From NCBI RefSeq assembly GCF_006345805.1, contig NC_043003.1, forward strand, positions 30,566,001 through 30,630,000: a stretch of 64,000 bases of DNA, in the 5' to 3' direction. This DNA comes from Octopus sinensis (taxonomy: Eukaryota). Positions 50,080 through 61,790 of this stretch are shown in pieces; positions within the stretch are counted from its first letter, which is position 1, and every line of letters starts with the position of its first letter. Both the position numbers and the translations under genes were made by a program. The notes beneath the pieces were generated by a model. It saw only the letters and a program-made list of their open reading frames with translations, was not told where the DNA came from and ran no database searches.

Positions 50080-50418
50080 GGAAAGACCTACGGACAAAGT
50101 TACAAGATTGTTTCTAGTGTATAAAGCTCTCTGGTGATTAGAGGCGAATTTTTCCCATACCATTATTGACACTTCCGGTATGTCAACCCCATTCCTCAAC
50201 AAATCAATAAACATTGTATCTGTATTATTTCTGTTGATTATTTAAACTGTGTTAGTAATACCCAATCACGCCCTGAACTTGTTTATTAACCAGAAGAAAA
50301 TAGATATATTCTATAAGAAGTAGATACGCGTTCGGCTCAATCTATCAATGTCCTCATCAATTTCAACTTCCACTACTTTAGTACATCTCATTATTTCATC
50401 TTATAACTACATTGTTAT
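50080..50418 (+). promoter_or_regulatory. Predicted promoter and exon 1 of ZNF-5
   Basis: ETS-type ACTTCCGG at 50171-50178; alignable to the ZNF-1 block at 5320-5600; ends at donor TAT|GTAAGT. Confidence 0.6.
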
Positions 50419-50809
50419 GTAAGTATCATGCATATATAATAATTTACACAAAGTCTCTTATGTTTACATTCCTACTTTATCTACACTATTCCTGCTCCTT
50501 GCAAGATCTTGTTTTCTTTTATTTCTTTTTTTCTTTTCTTCATTCTACTTTCTTCATTCATACTCTTGAGTTAAGATAGTTTTCAGGAAATATAATATTT
50601 GAATTTGTGTTTTTTCATCTGTTCTCTTCAACGTCATTATTTACTCTGTGTTTACTTTCGAAAAGAATGCAATATACAAAAGCAAACAGTACAAAGAAAA
50701 AAAAAAAGAATTGCGAAAGAAGTTGGGGTTTCTGTTCCGCACTATAAGTAAAGTCACTTTGCACAAACTACTCTTATACAAGTAATAGCAATGTGTGTAT
50801 TATGTCTCA

Positions 50810-50975
50810 TACACATTCGTCTGCCTTTACGATCTGAGTTCAAAATCTGCCGAAGTCAACTTTACCTTTCATCTTTTCGGGATAAAACACATACCAGTCA
50901 CACAGAGGGGTCGATGTAATCGACTTACCTTCACCCCTGAAATTGCTGGTCTTGTGCCAAGATTTGAAACCGTTA
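50810..50975 (+). mobile_element. SINE family B, 5'-truncated
   Basis: GAGTTCAAAATCTGCCGAAGTCAACTTTACCTTTCATC core. Confidence 0.7.
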
Positions 50976-51379
50976 TGTCTCATGCACACGCGCACATATA
51001 ACAACAATCATCACATACACGTACATACATAATAGTCGGCGGCAAGTGGTAGCAGAATCCATCCATCTTTACATACATACATGCACGCACTGTACTGTAC
51101 AGCCAGCTGCCACTCGCTAGCGAAAATGGTTTGGAAGTATGTATGCTGTCGTTAATTCTTTGACCTGTCACTTCCTTGGTAGAAGCATATTCGTTTGTTC
51201 ATCCTTTAAATATTACGAAGGGCTTGCAGATTTTTATTGTCTCAAATATGGTGATCATTTTTAGTGCATGAATTAAGGAGTTATTTTCTCACTCAAAGAA
51301 TCCAAGTTTTGCTCCAGGCAAGTTTGTATGTGTCCTATTGGTCCAATAGTAGGTATGAAGCTAAAAATGTATCTTGAGT

Positions 51380-52370
51380 ACTGGATTTGAAAACTCTTTG
51401 CCAGTGGTCCCTAGGTATCGTCTTTCTCTTGTATTTTCCTGTCCACACTGGTGTCGCAGAGGGCAGCTGATTTCCACAAGACAGTATATATGTTCCTCTT
51501 CATGCCACACAACAATATCTGCCTAGTTGTGTTTTAACTTGGTGGCTGTTTTAATTTCAAATTCTGGCAATATTCTTTTGACCTAACAGTCTCAATATAG
51601 TCAGCTTCATCTGTTGGTGTTTCCTTTTCTGTTCCAGACAGTTCTGGGCATTGCATCATACATTATGGGAAGATAATATGTAGAAGGCATTTTCTTGCAG
51701 TTGACAATGATATAGTTGATGTCTTCACTCTTGGTTTTGAATAATCTATATTTGTTGTCTGTCAATGATTTCTGCCTTTTATGCTGCAGGTACTTGGTGG
51801 GGATCTCTTGTTCTTGAATTGCATGGAAGTAGCCTTCAAAGTGGGATGTCATAAACTTGTTGGTACTCCATGCCAAACTTTTGATATTGTCAGTTCCTTC
51901 TATGGTTTGTGTCTTTTGTGTCAAGTAACCATGCACTATCTTCTCAGTGAACTGGTCTGTTTTTTTTTATTTTGTTTTGATAAATACATTTTTGGATGTT
52001 CATTTGAGAGAGATCTGTATCAGCTCTTATTTCATACCTATCCTCATGTTTCTTTAGCTATTCTAATTATGTTTTTGGTTTCATAGTTGGGGCAAGATAG
52101 TCACTGATCTCCTTCTTTTGCTGCAGATGTTGCTTCAATGTCACAATACATGTTTTGTATGACATCAATACAGATTTAAGACCATGCCACCATCCTTGTG
52201 TGGGATGTATAACCTGTCTACATTTCCATTGATGTTGAAATTTCCTATAACACTGAGCAGCTTGTGTATTTCATTGACTCCTAGGGACCAGTTTAGGTGG
52301 CCAAATGTGAGCATGAGGACAGGCACTGCAAAAGTGTTGTGAGCACTTTGAGTCATCAAAAAGTTCAGAT
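51380..52370 (-). mobile_element. Decayed R4/Dong-like non-LTR retrotransposon C-terminal region
   Basis: NTFAVPVL..FG...VDRLYIPHKDGG and MHGY...EGYFHAIQEQEIPTKY...YRLFKTKSEDINYII match post-RT motifs of REL-endonuclease elements. Confidence 0.6.
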
Positions 52371-54984
52371 GACCATATTTTTATGTATGTATATGTGTAT
52401 CTGTCTATAACTAAAAACTAGAAGCCCTTAATTATTATTCTACCATAATAAGACTCCCAATAAAGACAATCATGCAATATCAATATATATAATAATACAA
52501 ACCTTTTAACAAATTCGTAGTAATGAAGGCTAACTCAGAATAATGAGATTCTAAGATATAAAAGATTCAGACAACGAGCAAATCAAATATGTATTCTCAT
52601 CATCAGTGGCCTAATGGATATCACTATGGTTATGTGTACTTGTCTTGTGAAAATTGAGAATTGTATGAATTTGTCTTTTTTTTTCCTACTATGTTGGGCA
52701 CTGAGGTGTCAGCTAACTTGATGTCCTCTTCTAAAAATGTTTTAGAGTGTTTGTGAGGTTGACATGCTAGAGTAGCCAAACTCCCCAGTGAATCCTTGTC
52801 TGATATTTTTATTTTATAAATTTACAGCAGCCATTTGTACATCAAATAGAAATCCAGTGATATTCTTCATGGTTCATCATATTTCTAGTGATAGGATGTG
52901 TTTGTATACTTAACTTCTAAAAGTAACTCACAACAAGTTTAGAAACTTATGTTCATGCTGAAATGTTAAGTAGAAGTGATGTTGACTCAAACTTGAATCC
53001 AACTATAACCAACAATGTTTCTGATTCTGAAGCCAAACTTTTACCACTCCTTAAACCTATGAAGTTGAAGATTACTTCAGAATCAGTCTAGTTGCAATAG
53101 AATGTGATAATTCTGGTTTATTGTGCAAGGCTCGACTAATGCATGAATATAGACCTGACCTGCTTCTCACCTTTGGCTTGGTTGAAAATTCAGATGAATT
53201 CAGACATTGACAAGGTTCACATCTGCTGCCCCCAAAATGCAAGAATAGTAGGAAAATAAATGTTTTCATTCAGTATGAATTAATGACAAAAACACAAGAA
53301 TAAATCAAGATTGCTAAGCATAATTTTAACAAGAATTCCAAACTACAATTTATAATTAAAGAAATTGAGTAGAGTAATATATATTGTTTTTACTATAACA
53401 TTCTGTTTATATATATTATACATTCTAAAATATTGTAATTAGCTTTAATTTAACGTAAACATTAAAATGGTAAAGCAAATTATCTGTTAAAAAATACATT
53501 TATATTTCACTGTATGAATCTGATGTCACTTTTGATTTATAATTTTGAAAGTGATACCTCTCTTTGTAAGTTATACTTTTTTAAAAGAGAGTTTATATTT
53601 AGCATTTTGTAGTTTAGCATCTTTCATGTAGCTTTTTCAGAATGAAGATAGTATTTATTGTTTAGTCTCTGCTGGACTTAGTCAGTATATGTCAGTTTTA
53701 ATAGATGATAAAACTGATGATGTCATATTTCACAGTGATTATAGTGGGTATCTATATACAGCTGTGAATGTCACTATACAAGGTCATGATATTCTATGTA
53801 ATTGGTCATGTATAAAAACTGAAGCAGTTTTTGAGAGGTGATTGGAAGAGGTCAATTGACTTGTTTTTGAATGTTTCAGTAGTTTAAGAAGCTACTGATA
53901 AAAAGAGGGAATTACAATTGTCAGCATTCCAAACTACAGTAGAGTTGACAGTTACCTTAATAAGTGGTAACAATTACCTGATTGTTACTTTGGTTGAAAG
54001 TCATATGTGTTAATATAAGACAATAATGTTTTATCTCCTAGAATCAATTGAAATATATCTGAAGAGAAAGACAACCAAAGTTTGGGTCAAATGAAGTAAT
54101 CCATTTTGTATTTATTATACTGTAGATACTATCGAAGACATGGGAAGAAGCAGTGTTGGTCAATTTCAGGAGATTGAACCTCAAGGAAATGAGAAAAAAA
54201 TAAAGTGGCTAGACGTTGTGCTGCAGAAGACCCTCCCAAACTATGTAAGCATGGAGAAATGGATATAAAATGGTAAGTGTTTTTGTTTGCCTGGGTCAGA
54301 TGGAATATGTAATAATTTAAAAATGTTCTACTAATATTCTCTTGGGCTTCATATAGTACCTGTTGGTCACATTTCAGTTTGTTCATTTTAAGATCTGTTT
54401 GGAATGAACATACACAATCCTCACTACATCTCCACATCAGAGTATCTTTTCCTTGTAAATATTTTCTGACTCTTTCTTACTATCCTAACTTCTAATACCT
54501 GGAGTCAAGTATTTTCTCCAATAATATACATATTAACGCTTCATTGTCCCTTATTTCTTACATTGTCTTTTTATTTCAGGTTATCTGATAACATTGTATT
54601 AAAGATATTTTATTGAAGATTATCAACATATTTATCAACTTTTGTAAACTAAAAATAACTTCATAAAGCCATCAATCTGTTTCTACAACTTTGATTTAGT
54701 AGATGTGAAATATTTGTTTGGAATTGAGATCATGAGAAATTTCTCATTATATTTACTGGAAAATTTTTTCTACAGATTGTGAACTTAAATTTGCCGTGAA
54801 ATTTTAATTTCATATATATAAAAACCCTGATATTTGGGTATATCTTTATTGATTGGAGATAGTTTCATGACCCTTTTGTTGATGGGTATTAGTTACAAGA
54901 TTATATCCTAATAAATCTACTTGAAGTTATTTTTGTTTTTGCAGTTAAGACATCATCACACAGATAAGTTAAGAAACAAAAATT

Positions 54985-56148
54985 ATGGATGGAAAAGCAG
55001 AGCCTGAGACTATTGAATCCTGTACTCAGACACCAGAAGATACAGAAGAGGATTCATTCACTTGCAATATATGTGGGAAGTTATTCACATCAAGAAAAAA
55101 TTTAATACAACATAAATTAATCCACTCAGACTCTAAATCATACCAATGTGATGTTTGTGGTAAAAAATTTACTAGGAGTAGTTTAACTCGCCACAAACGT
55201 ATTCACACTAGGAAAAAACTAAATCACTGTGATATCTGTGGTGAAAACTTTTTCACAAATGCTAGTTTATCTTCACACAAGCGTATTCACACAGGAGAGA
55301 AACCATACCACTGTGAAATCTGCGACAAATATTTCTCTCGGAAAGGTAATTTATCTACACACAAACTTATTCATGCAAAGGAGAAACCATACCATTGTAA
55401 TGTCTGTAGTAAATCATTCTTCAATAGTCGTAGCTTAATTGCCCACAAACGTGTTCACTCAGGAGAGAAACCATACCACTGTGACAGCTGTGATAAAAAA
55501 TTTCCAACAAGAGGTCATTTGTCTTACCATATACGTAGTCACACAGGAGAAAGACCCTACCGCTGTGATATCTGTGGTAAAACATTTCCTGTAAGTGGTT
55601 CTTTGTCTTACCACAAATATATTCACACAGGAGAAAGACCATACCATTGTGATGTCTGTGGTGAAAAATTCACCAGAAAAAGTTCATTAAATCGCCACAA
55701 ACACATTCACACAGGAGTAAGACCATATAAATGTGAAACCTGTGGTAAAGCATTTTCTAGAAATTCTGATTTATCTTGCCACAAACTTGTTCACACAGGA
55801 GAGAAACCATACCACTGTGATATCTGTGGCAAAAATTTTTCCCAAAAGAGTAATTTAACTTCCCACAAACGTATCCACACAGAAGAAGAACCATATCAGT
55901 GTGAGAAATGTGATGAAACATTTTCTAGTAGTGATGGTTTATCTTCCCACAAACATGTCCACAAGAAAGAAAGACCACACCAATGTGATATCTGTGGTGA
56001 AAGATTTTCTCGGTGTACTGAATTGTCTTCCCACAAACATATCCATTCAGGAGAAAGACCGTACCGCTGTGATATTTGCAGTAAAACATTTTCTAAAAGG
56101 TGTCATTTGTCTTCCCACATACGTGTTCACACAGAAGAAAAACTATAG
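54985..56148 (+). CDS. ZNF-5: C2H2 poly-zinc-finger protein, 387 aa, 13 fingers (one with C-x11-H spacing)
   Basis: Open ORF; N-terminus is the closest paralog of ZNF-1 (MDGKAEPETI vs [10 protein letters not shown]). Confidence 0.95.
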   Translation: MDGKAEPETIESCTQTPEDTEEDSFTCNICGKLFTSRKNLIQHKLIHSDSKSYQCDVCGKKFTRSSLTRHKRIHTRKKLNHCDICGENFFTNASLSSHKRIHTGEKPYHCEICDKYFSRKGNLSTHKLIHAKEKPYHCNVCSKSFFNSRSLIAHKRVHSGEKPYHCDSCDKKFPTRGHLSYHIRSHTGERPYRCDICGKTFPVSGSLSYHKYIHTGERPYHCDVCGEKFTRKSSLNRHKHIHTGVRPYKCETCGKAFSRNSDLSCHKLVHTGEKPYHCDICGKNFSQKSNLTSHKRIHTEEEPYQCEKCDETFSSSDGLSSHKHVHKKERPHQCDICGERFSRCTELSSHKHIHSGERPYRCDICSKTFSKRCHLSSHIRVHTEEKL

Positions 56149-56310
56149 AACTATAATAAAACATTCTCACTAAGTGGTACTTTATCACAACTGAAATATA
56201 TTCATACAGAAAATGACCACACCACTGTGATATCTATTGTGAAACTTGTACTAGAAGTGATTATTTAATTCAAACCAGATGTATCCACACAAGAGGTAAA
56301 CCATCACTAA
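56149..56310 (+). pseudogene. Fossil fingers downstream of the ZNF-5 stop (2 units)
   Basis: In frame NKTFSLSGTLSQLKYIHTE, then shifted HCDIYCETCTRSDYLIQTRCIHTRGKP. Confidence 0.85.
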
Positions 56311-56439
56311 GAATCTGCAGTAGTTAGTGAATCTGTTCATATTATATAAGTGTAATATATTTCACCACTCAGTATCATCATCATCACTGTTTTATTGTTC
56401 TTATTCTGTACTGGTAGTCTGTCTGAGGATGCAATATAT

Positions 56440-56740
56440 TTTTTATACACACTGAATATTTGTCCTGTTGAACATATAGCTGTTAACTACTCTTAAACTT
56501 CTCTAACATCTGAACTTCCAGGCATCTTCCAGCTTGAGAAAATATCCCTATATCCTTTGTGTGCTTTTGTAAATAGTATTGAATTACACCATACATGTTT
56601 TAGCAAGCCACAAAGCACTGGGATGTTTCAACTAGTATTTTGTATATTGACATGTTGATCTTTATACTCTTGACCATTCTTCCAAGTTGAGAATTTTTTT
56701 GTGCTACATTTATTCTGCTGTTACAGCCAAGTCATCAGTG
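56440..56740 (-). mobile_element. Decayed RTE-like RT fragment
   Basis: Remnants resembling the xDDL motif region and the following Cys-rich insertion; heavily eroded. Confidence 0.4.
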
Positions 56741-58484
56741 AATAAAAGTTTCCAAAAACAATAATCTTAAACTTTGTGTTGCAGACTCAAGAACTATAGT
56801 GAATAGAAAGTGAATGAGGAAAGAAACTTAGTGTACACACAGCTACATGATTTACTCACCACCTAAACTTAATTGGTCAGAAATGACTCTCACAAGTCAT
56901 TTATACCCTTATTACACACACCATACTACATACCATGAGAACCTGTGAAAAGTGTTCTGCAAGATAACAGATTTTAATAAAGTGTTATATTTTCTTGTGG
57001 TTCTACATTGTTATACAAATACAAACTACATCTTATCCCACTGACATTATCATGTACTGTCTTGGCTAAAAAATCAATCTGTTATTTTAGACTTGGTTTA
57101 TCACTCAGATCTCAATTCATTGGTCTGTAAGTTAGTAGGTATAGAGTGTTGCTGAGTAAATCATTGCCAAGCAGTTTTCTATTTGATGTTGTCTAGGATG
57201 TTTGTATGTGTAGAAGCACCACTGTCTTATACATGTGAGCAGTATTACAATATAAATCTTACTTTAGAGGATGAACAACTGACCAAGACTGAAGTATTTA
57301 TTAATCTTTGAGAGGAACCCTAATATTTGTAGAGTCATTTTGGCGATGTTATATATGTAGGGTCACCATGAGAAATCAGAGTGTGACCTTGATTTTGTAG
57401 CAACTGAAAGGTTTTTGTTGGGTGTTCTTTATGAATTGAAAGGCTGAGGTACATGACTGTCTCCTTGATAATTGTAATGATTGTCTTTGTGTTGTTGGAA
57501 GACACTGGGATATCTTTTTAAAGAATACTGTTGATGTCATTGATCATGGAAAAAGTATGTGAGTTGTATGTAGCCTCTTAGTCAAAACCACTAACCCTGT
57601 CCTTCGTTCTTTCCTCTGATGAGGAGAAAACCAATCTGAACTTCACACTCACCTATGAAGTGGGTAACCGGCTGGTTGATATCTTTTGGAAGAATATTTT
57701 TCAAATAGTAAAATCCTTAGCATCACACAAATCCAAGGGTTTTGATTCTTCCTTATTTCTTGTACCGTGTTTTCTATCTTGGTATTTCCTGATGCGATCA
57801 TTGAAATTGTTTGCTATGACAATAATATCAATAACATTAATTTTTGTGACAGCTTAAACAAGGACCTCAGAGAACCTGTCCCTTCCACTGTCAGTTTATC
57901 CAACTTATGGGAAGTAAAAGATCAAAGGTTTCAATGTTGTAAAACTTGATATACTTCATTGTATAATTAAAATATATTTCTTCAGTGAAGAAATTATACC
58001 AGTGGGAATATTTTAGGATCACTTTGATGTTAATGTCATAAACAAATATTAAAATTATACTACAAAATAATATTTTATTTAAACTTCAGACTGGGTAACA
58101 ATGTACCAATTAGAACGTTCCAATAATGAACCCACTGGTTTTCGGGTAAACTATCACCAAAGATGAGAAGATATATAAAAAAATACATCATTAAAATAAA
58201 ATTTTGAAATATTAACTTATTTTCTTTTCCATAAAATGTGTGTTTTCATTTGCTTTTAATGTTCTACATCTGGGTTTACTCATTAAAATAATAATACATT
58301 ATGCTCAGATATAGCTCTGTGTTTGAGAAGTTTGTTTCACAAATGTGTGGAAGTATAGGTTTTGTATAGTCACACAACACCTTTGGTATCTCATTTTCTA
58401 TTATAACCTCAAACTAACCAATCCCTTGTGAATGGAATTGGTTGTTGGAAACTGTATAGAAGCCTGTCAAAACTTTATATATAT

Positions 58485-58763
58485 ATTTTCCCCAATATGT
58501 ATGTGTGTATATATAGATCATCATCATCATCATCGTTTAACATCTGCTTTCCATGCTAGCATGCATTGGGACGATTTGACTGAGGGCTGGCGAACCAGAT
58601 GACTGCACCAGGCTTCAATCTTAAACTCTGCCAGATCAAGATTGAAGCCTAGTGCAGCCATCTGGTTCGCCAGCCCTCAGTCAAATCGTCCAACCCATGC
58701 TAGCATGGAAAGCAGATGTTATACGATGATGATATATATACACACATACATATAGGGGAAAAT
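58485..58763. repeat. Fold-back inverted duplication of an RTE tail plus its flank
   Basis: ~130-nt arms differing at a few positions, 15-nt loop (58623-58637); the arms include non-RTE flank TTTTCCCC(A/T)ATATGTATGTGTGTATATATA. Confidence 0.92.
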
Positions 58764-59484
58764 TAAGATAAATACAAGTATAAATTATTAGCTCCCAGGT
58801 ATATATTTACATATATAATTTATTTATTTACTAGTATACTTTTACTTTTTACCCTTATTAGTACTTTCTTGTTCAGTCTTTTCTTCCTTTTTTTTTCAAC
58901 TCACTTCTCTAAATACTTATAAATTATCACATCAAGTGTCTGACTTTAGATATTAAATCTCTGTAACAGAATATAATACTGTTTCCCTGATGATCCATTG
59001 TGTTTAGGCATCCAAATGCATTTGGAGTGCAAATAACTGCAATGGTGAAATGTACAAAGGAACTAAATACTTATACTAGGGTTAATTTTAATTTTCCCCT
59101 CCAAATGCTCCGTATATCATAACTAGTAACACTACCAAGGACAGTGATGGGCTAATCACAATACTGGAAACTGACTGGATAATGATAACCTACGTGGAGC
59201 TCTATTTCATACTGAACACAATATAATGTTTGTGTGTAGTTGTGTCTCCTTGCCCTGATATGTGATAATTGTAAATGAGACTCACCAGTATGCAAGACAA
59301 ACAGACACAAACATACACACACATACATATAGGCACAAGTGAGGTTGTCTGGTAAGAAGTTTGTTTCCCAACCACATGATTTCAGGTTCAGTCCCATTGA
59401 GTGGCACCTTGTACAAATGTCTTATAAGTGGATTTGGTAGACAAACTGAAAGAGGCCTGTTGTGTGTGTGTATATATGTATGTA

Positions 59485-59522
<38 letters not shown>

Positions 59523-59524
59523 AC

Positions 59525-60279
59525 GGGAAGCTTTATGAAAATAGACAAAAGGCGAAGGCAGGTGGAAAACAAACAAACAATTGTATTAGTATGGCGCTCA
59601 GGAAATATAAATAAAACAAGTCTTTAACGTTTCGAGCCTACGCTCTTCAACAGAAAGATACACAGAGAGAAAAAAAACACAGAAAGAAGGAGAGAAAAAA
59701 AATGCGTGCAGTAACTAACGAATCAACATGGCTATCTGATTTCGGCCAGAGGTCAAAGATCAAACATGAGACGCGAGAGCGAAATAAGGGGAGATAATAG
59801 GGTTGAATGACCCTAGGATAGGTCTGGACAGGCGTATGTATGGGGTTGGTGTAAGTATTAGTATGTATTAGTATGTATTAGTACGTATTAGTATGTATAA
59901 GTGTGTGTGTGTGTGTATGAGAGAGTATAAGTGCGTATGAGGGGTCTGGACGTGTGTATGTATAGGGTTGGTGTATGTATTAGTATGTATTAGTTGGTGT
60001 ATGTATTAGTATGGCACATCATATATGATGTGATGTGTAAAGTCGTGTGGTGTAGTGAGGGGGAGGGGGGGAGGGAAGGAGGGAGGGAGAAAGAGGGAAG
60101 AAGGGGAGTAGGGGTGAAAGGATGAAGGACTGAAGAAGTAGGGGTCGGGGGGGAAGGATAGGTGAGGAGGGGGGGAGAGTTGAGACCAAATGGCGTATAA
60201 GAGCGAAGAGAGAAGATTAATTCCTGTTCACGGCGCAAACGGGAATCCGGATGGCCTCTGTGTAAGGACAAACCGAACA
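59525..60279 (-). mobile_element. Penelope-like element 3' end (GIY-YIG C-terminus and terminal repeat)
   Basis: HVFGLSLHRGHPDSRLRREQELIFSLRSYTPFGLN matches the PLE endonuclease end (RxxxExxxIxxLxxxxPxGLN). Confidence 0.75.
59621..59658 (-). ncRNA. Minimal type-I hammerhead-ribozyme-like motif, variant core
   Basis: UCUUU-CUGUUGA-A-GAGC(GUAG)GCUC-GAA-ACGU-U-AAAGA: 5-bp stem I, 4-bp stem II, palindromic ACGU stem III, GUU triplet; U at the conserved A6 position. Activity untested. Confidence 0.6.
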
Positions 60280-60310
60280 CATGGAGTTCTGCTGCACGAC
60301 AACGCCTGCC

Positions 60311-60365
<55 letters not shown>

Positions 60366-60676
60366 TAGATATATCTGAGCATGTGTGTGTTTGTCCCCCA
60401 CCACTACTTGACAACCAGTGTTGGTGTCTTTACATTCCTGTAAGTTAGAAGTTCGGCAAAAGAGGCTGATAGAGTAAGTACCTGGCTTTAAAAAATACCT
60501 AATGGAGTTGATTCCTTTGACTAAAACCCTTCAAGGTGGTGCCCCAGCATGGCTGCAATCTAATGACTGAAACAAGTAAAAGTTAAAAGATAAAGATATA
60601 CACACACCATGAGTTTATTTCAGTTTCCATCAACTAAATCCACTCATAAAGCTTTGGTTAGCCCAAGGCTATAATA

Positions 60677-61790
60677 TTGGGTTGGCAACTAAGTTCCCGC
60701 TGTTTTTTTTAATTCAAATTTTTTAAAAGGTTTAATATAAGATAACAACTAATTAATCAATAATGTATTCACCCTTGTTGTTTACAACTTCTTCCCAATG
60801 TTCAACAAGATTTTCAATACCTCGCTGGTAGAAATCACCCGATTTTAACTTGAAAAATTGATCCAACCAAGCTCTTAATTCTGCATCAGTATTGAACGAA
60901 ACTCTGTGCATAGTATTTGAAAGAGGTGGAAATCCATTAGTGCCAAATCAGGAGAGTGTGGCAGCACTTCCCAGCCATGTGTTTGAATGGCTTCCTTGGT
61001 CATATTGGCGATATGAAGGCAGGCGTTGTCGTGCAGCAGAACTCCATGCTGCTGATTAGGTCTTTTCTCTTGAATAGCCGTGTTGAGTCATTCTGCGTTG
61101 ACTGTTTGGTTCTGTTCAAGCAATTCATAATGGATAATCCCTTCCCAGTCCCACCTTACACACAACATCGTTTTATGCGGATGAAGATCTTGTTTCATGC
61201 ACAGTGTCGCATATTTATCAGGGCTAAGCCATTCCTTACGTTGCTTCATATTGATGTACAGGCACCATTTTTTGTCACCAGTAACGATTCAGTAAAGAAA
61301 TCGTTGCTTGTGTCCATGAGTTGAGCGGTGATGAGCAAGAAAACCAGTGGAAATTGTGGCTCGTTGATTTTTGTTGTTGTCACTTAAAGCATGCGGAACT
61401 CATGCTCCATACTTCTGAACCTTTCCCATCAAGTGAAGATGCTTCTCTATAGCAGTGTGGGAGTATTCCATTTTCTCTGCCAGTTCCCTTGTCGTTTGAT
61501 GAGAATTTTCATGCAAAAGTTGATTTAATCGCTCTTCATCAAACTCAAGTGGACGGCCAGAACGAAGTGCGTCTCTGAGGTCAAAATTTCCATTTTTGAA
61601 CTTGGCATACCAATCACAAGCAGTTTTTTCAGCTATGGCACCCTCTCCATACACAGCAGAAATGTCGCGAGCAGCTTTTCCGTTCTTAGAGCCTTGATTA
61701 AAAACAAAAGGAAGGAGGTATCGAAAATGCTCGTTTTTCTTAACTTGACATTCCATATTAATGATCTGAAAATAAACAAAAATTAACGAA
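60677..61790 (-). mobile_element. Mariner transposon (DD34D type), inactive, one end missing
   Basis: MECQVKKNEHFRY...RSGRP...GA*VPH, IVTGDKKW, LLHDNA, SPDLA..DFHLF; TA plus terminus TTGGGTTGGCAACTAAG at 60677; second TIR not found. Confidence 0.9.

Larger units (their letters stand above)
50419..54579 (+). other. Predicted 5'UTR intron of ZNF-5 (4161 nt)
   Basis: Donor GTAAGT (50419) and acceptor TCATTGTCCCTTA...TTTTTATTTCAG|GTTATC (54579) are both paralog-conserved. Confidence 0.65.
59328..60598 (+). mobile_element. SINE family A split by a Penelope-like insertion in its central microsatellite
   Basis: 5' half at 59328-59475 and 3' half at 60378-60598, with (TA)n on both sides of the insert. 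Confidence 0.7.
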
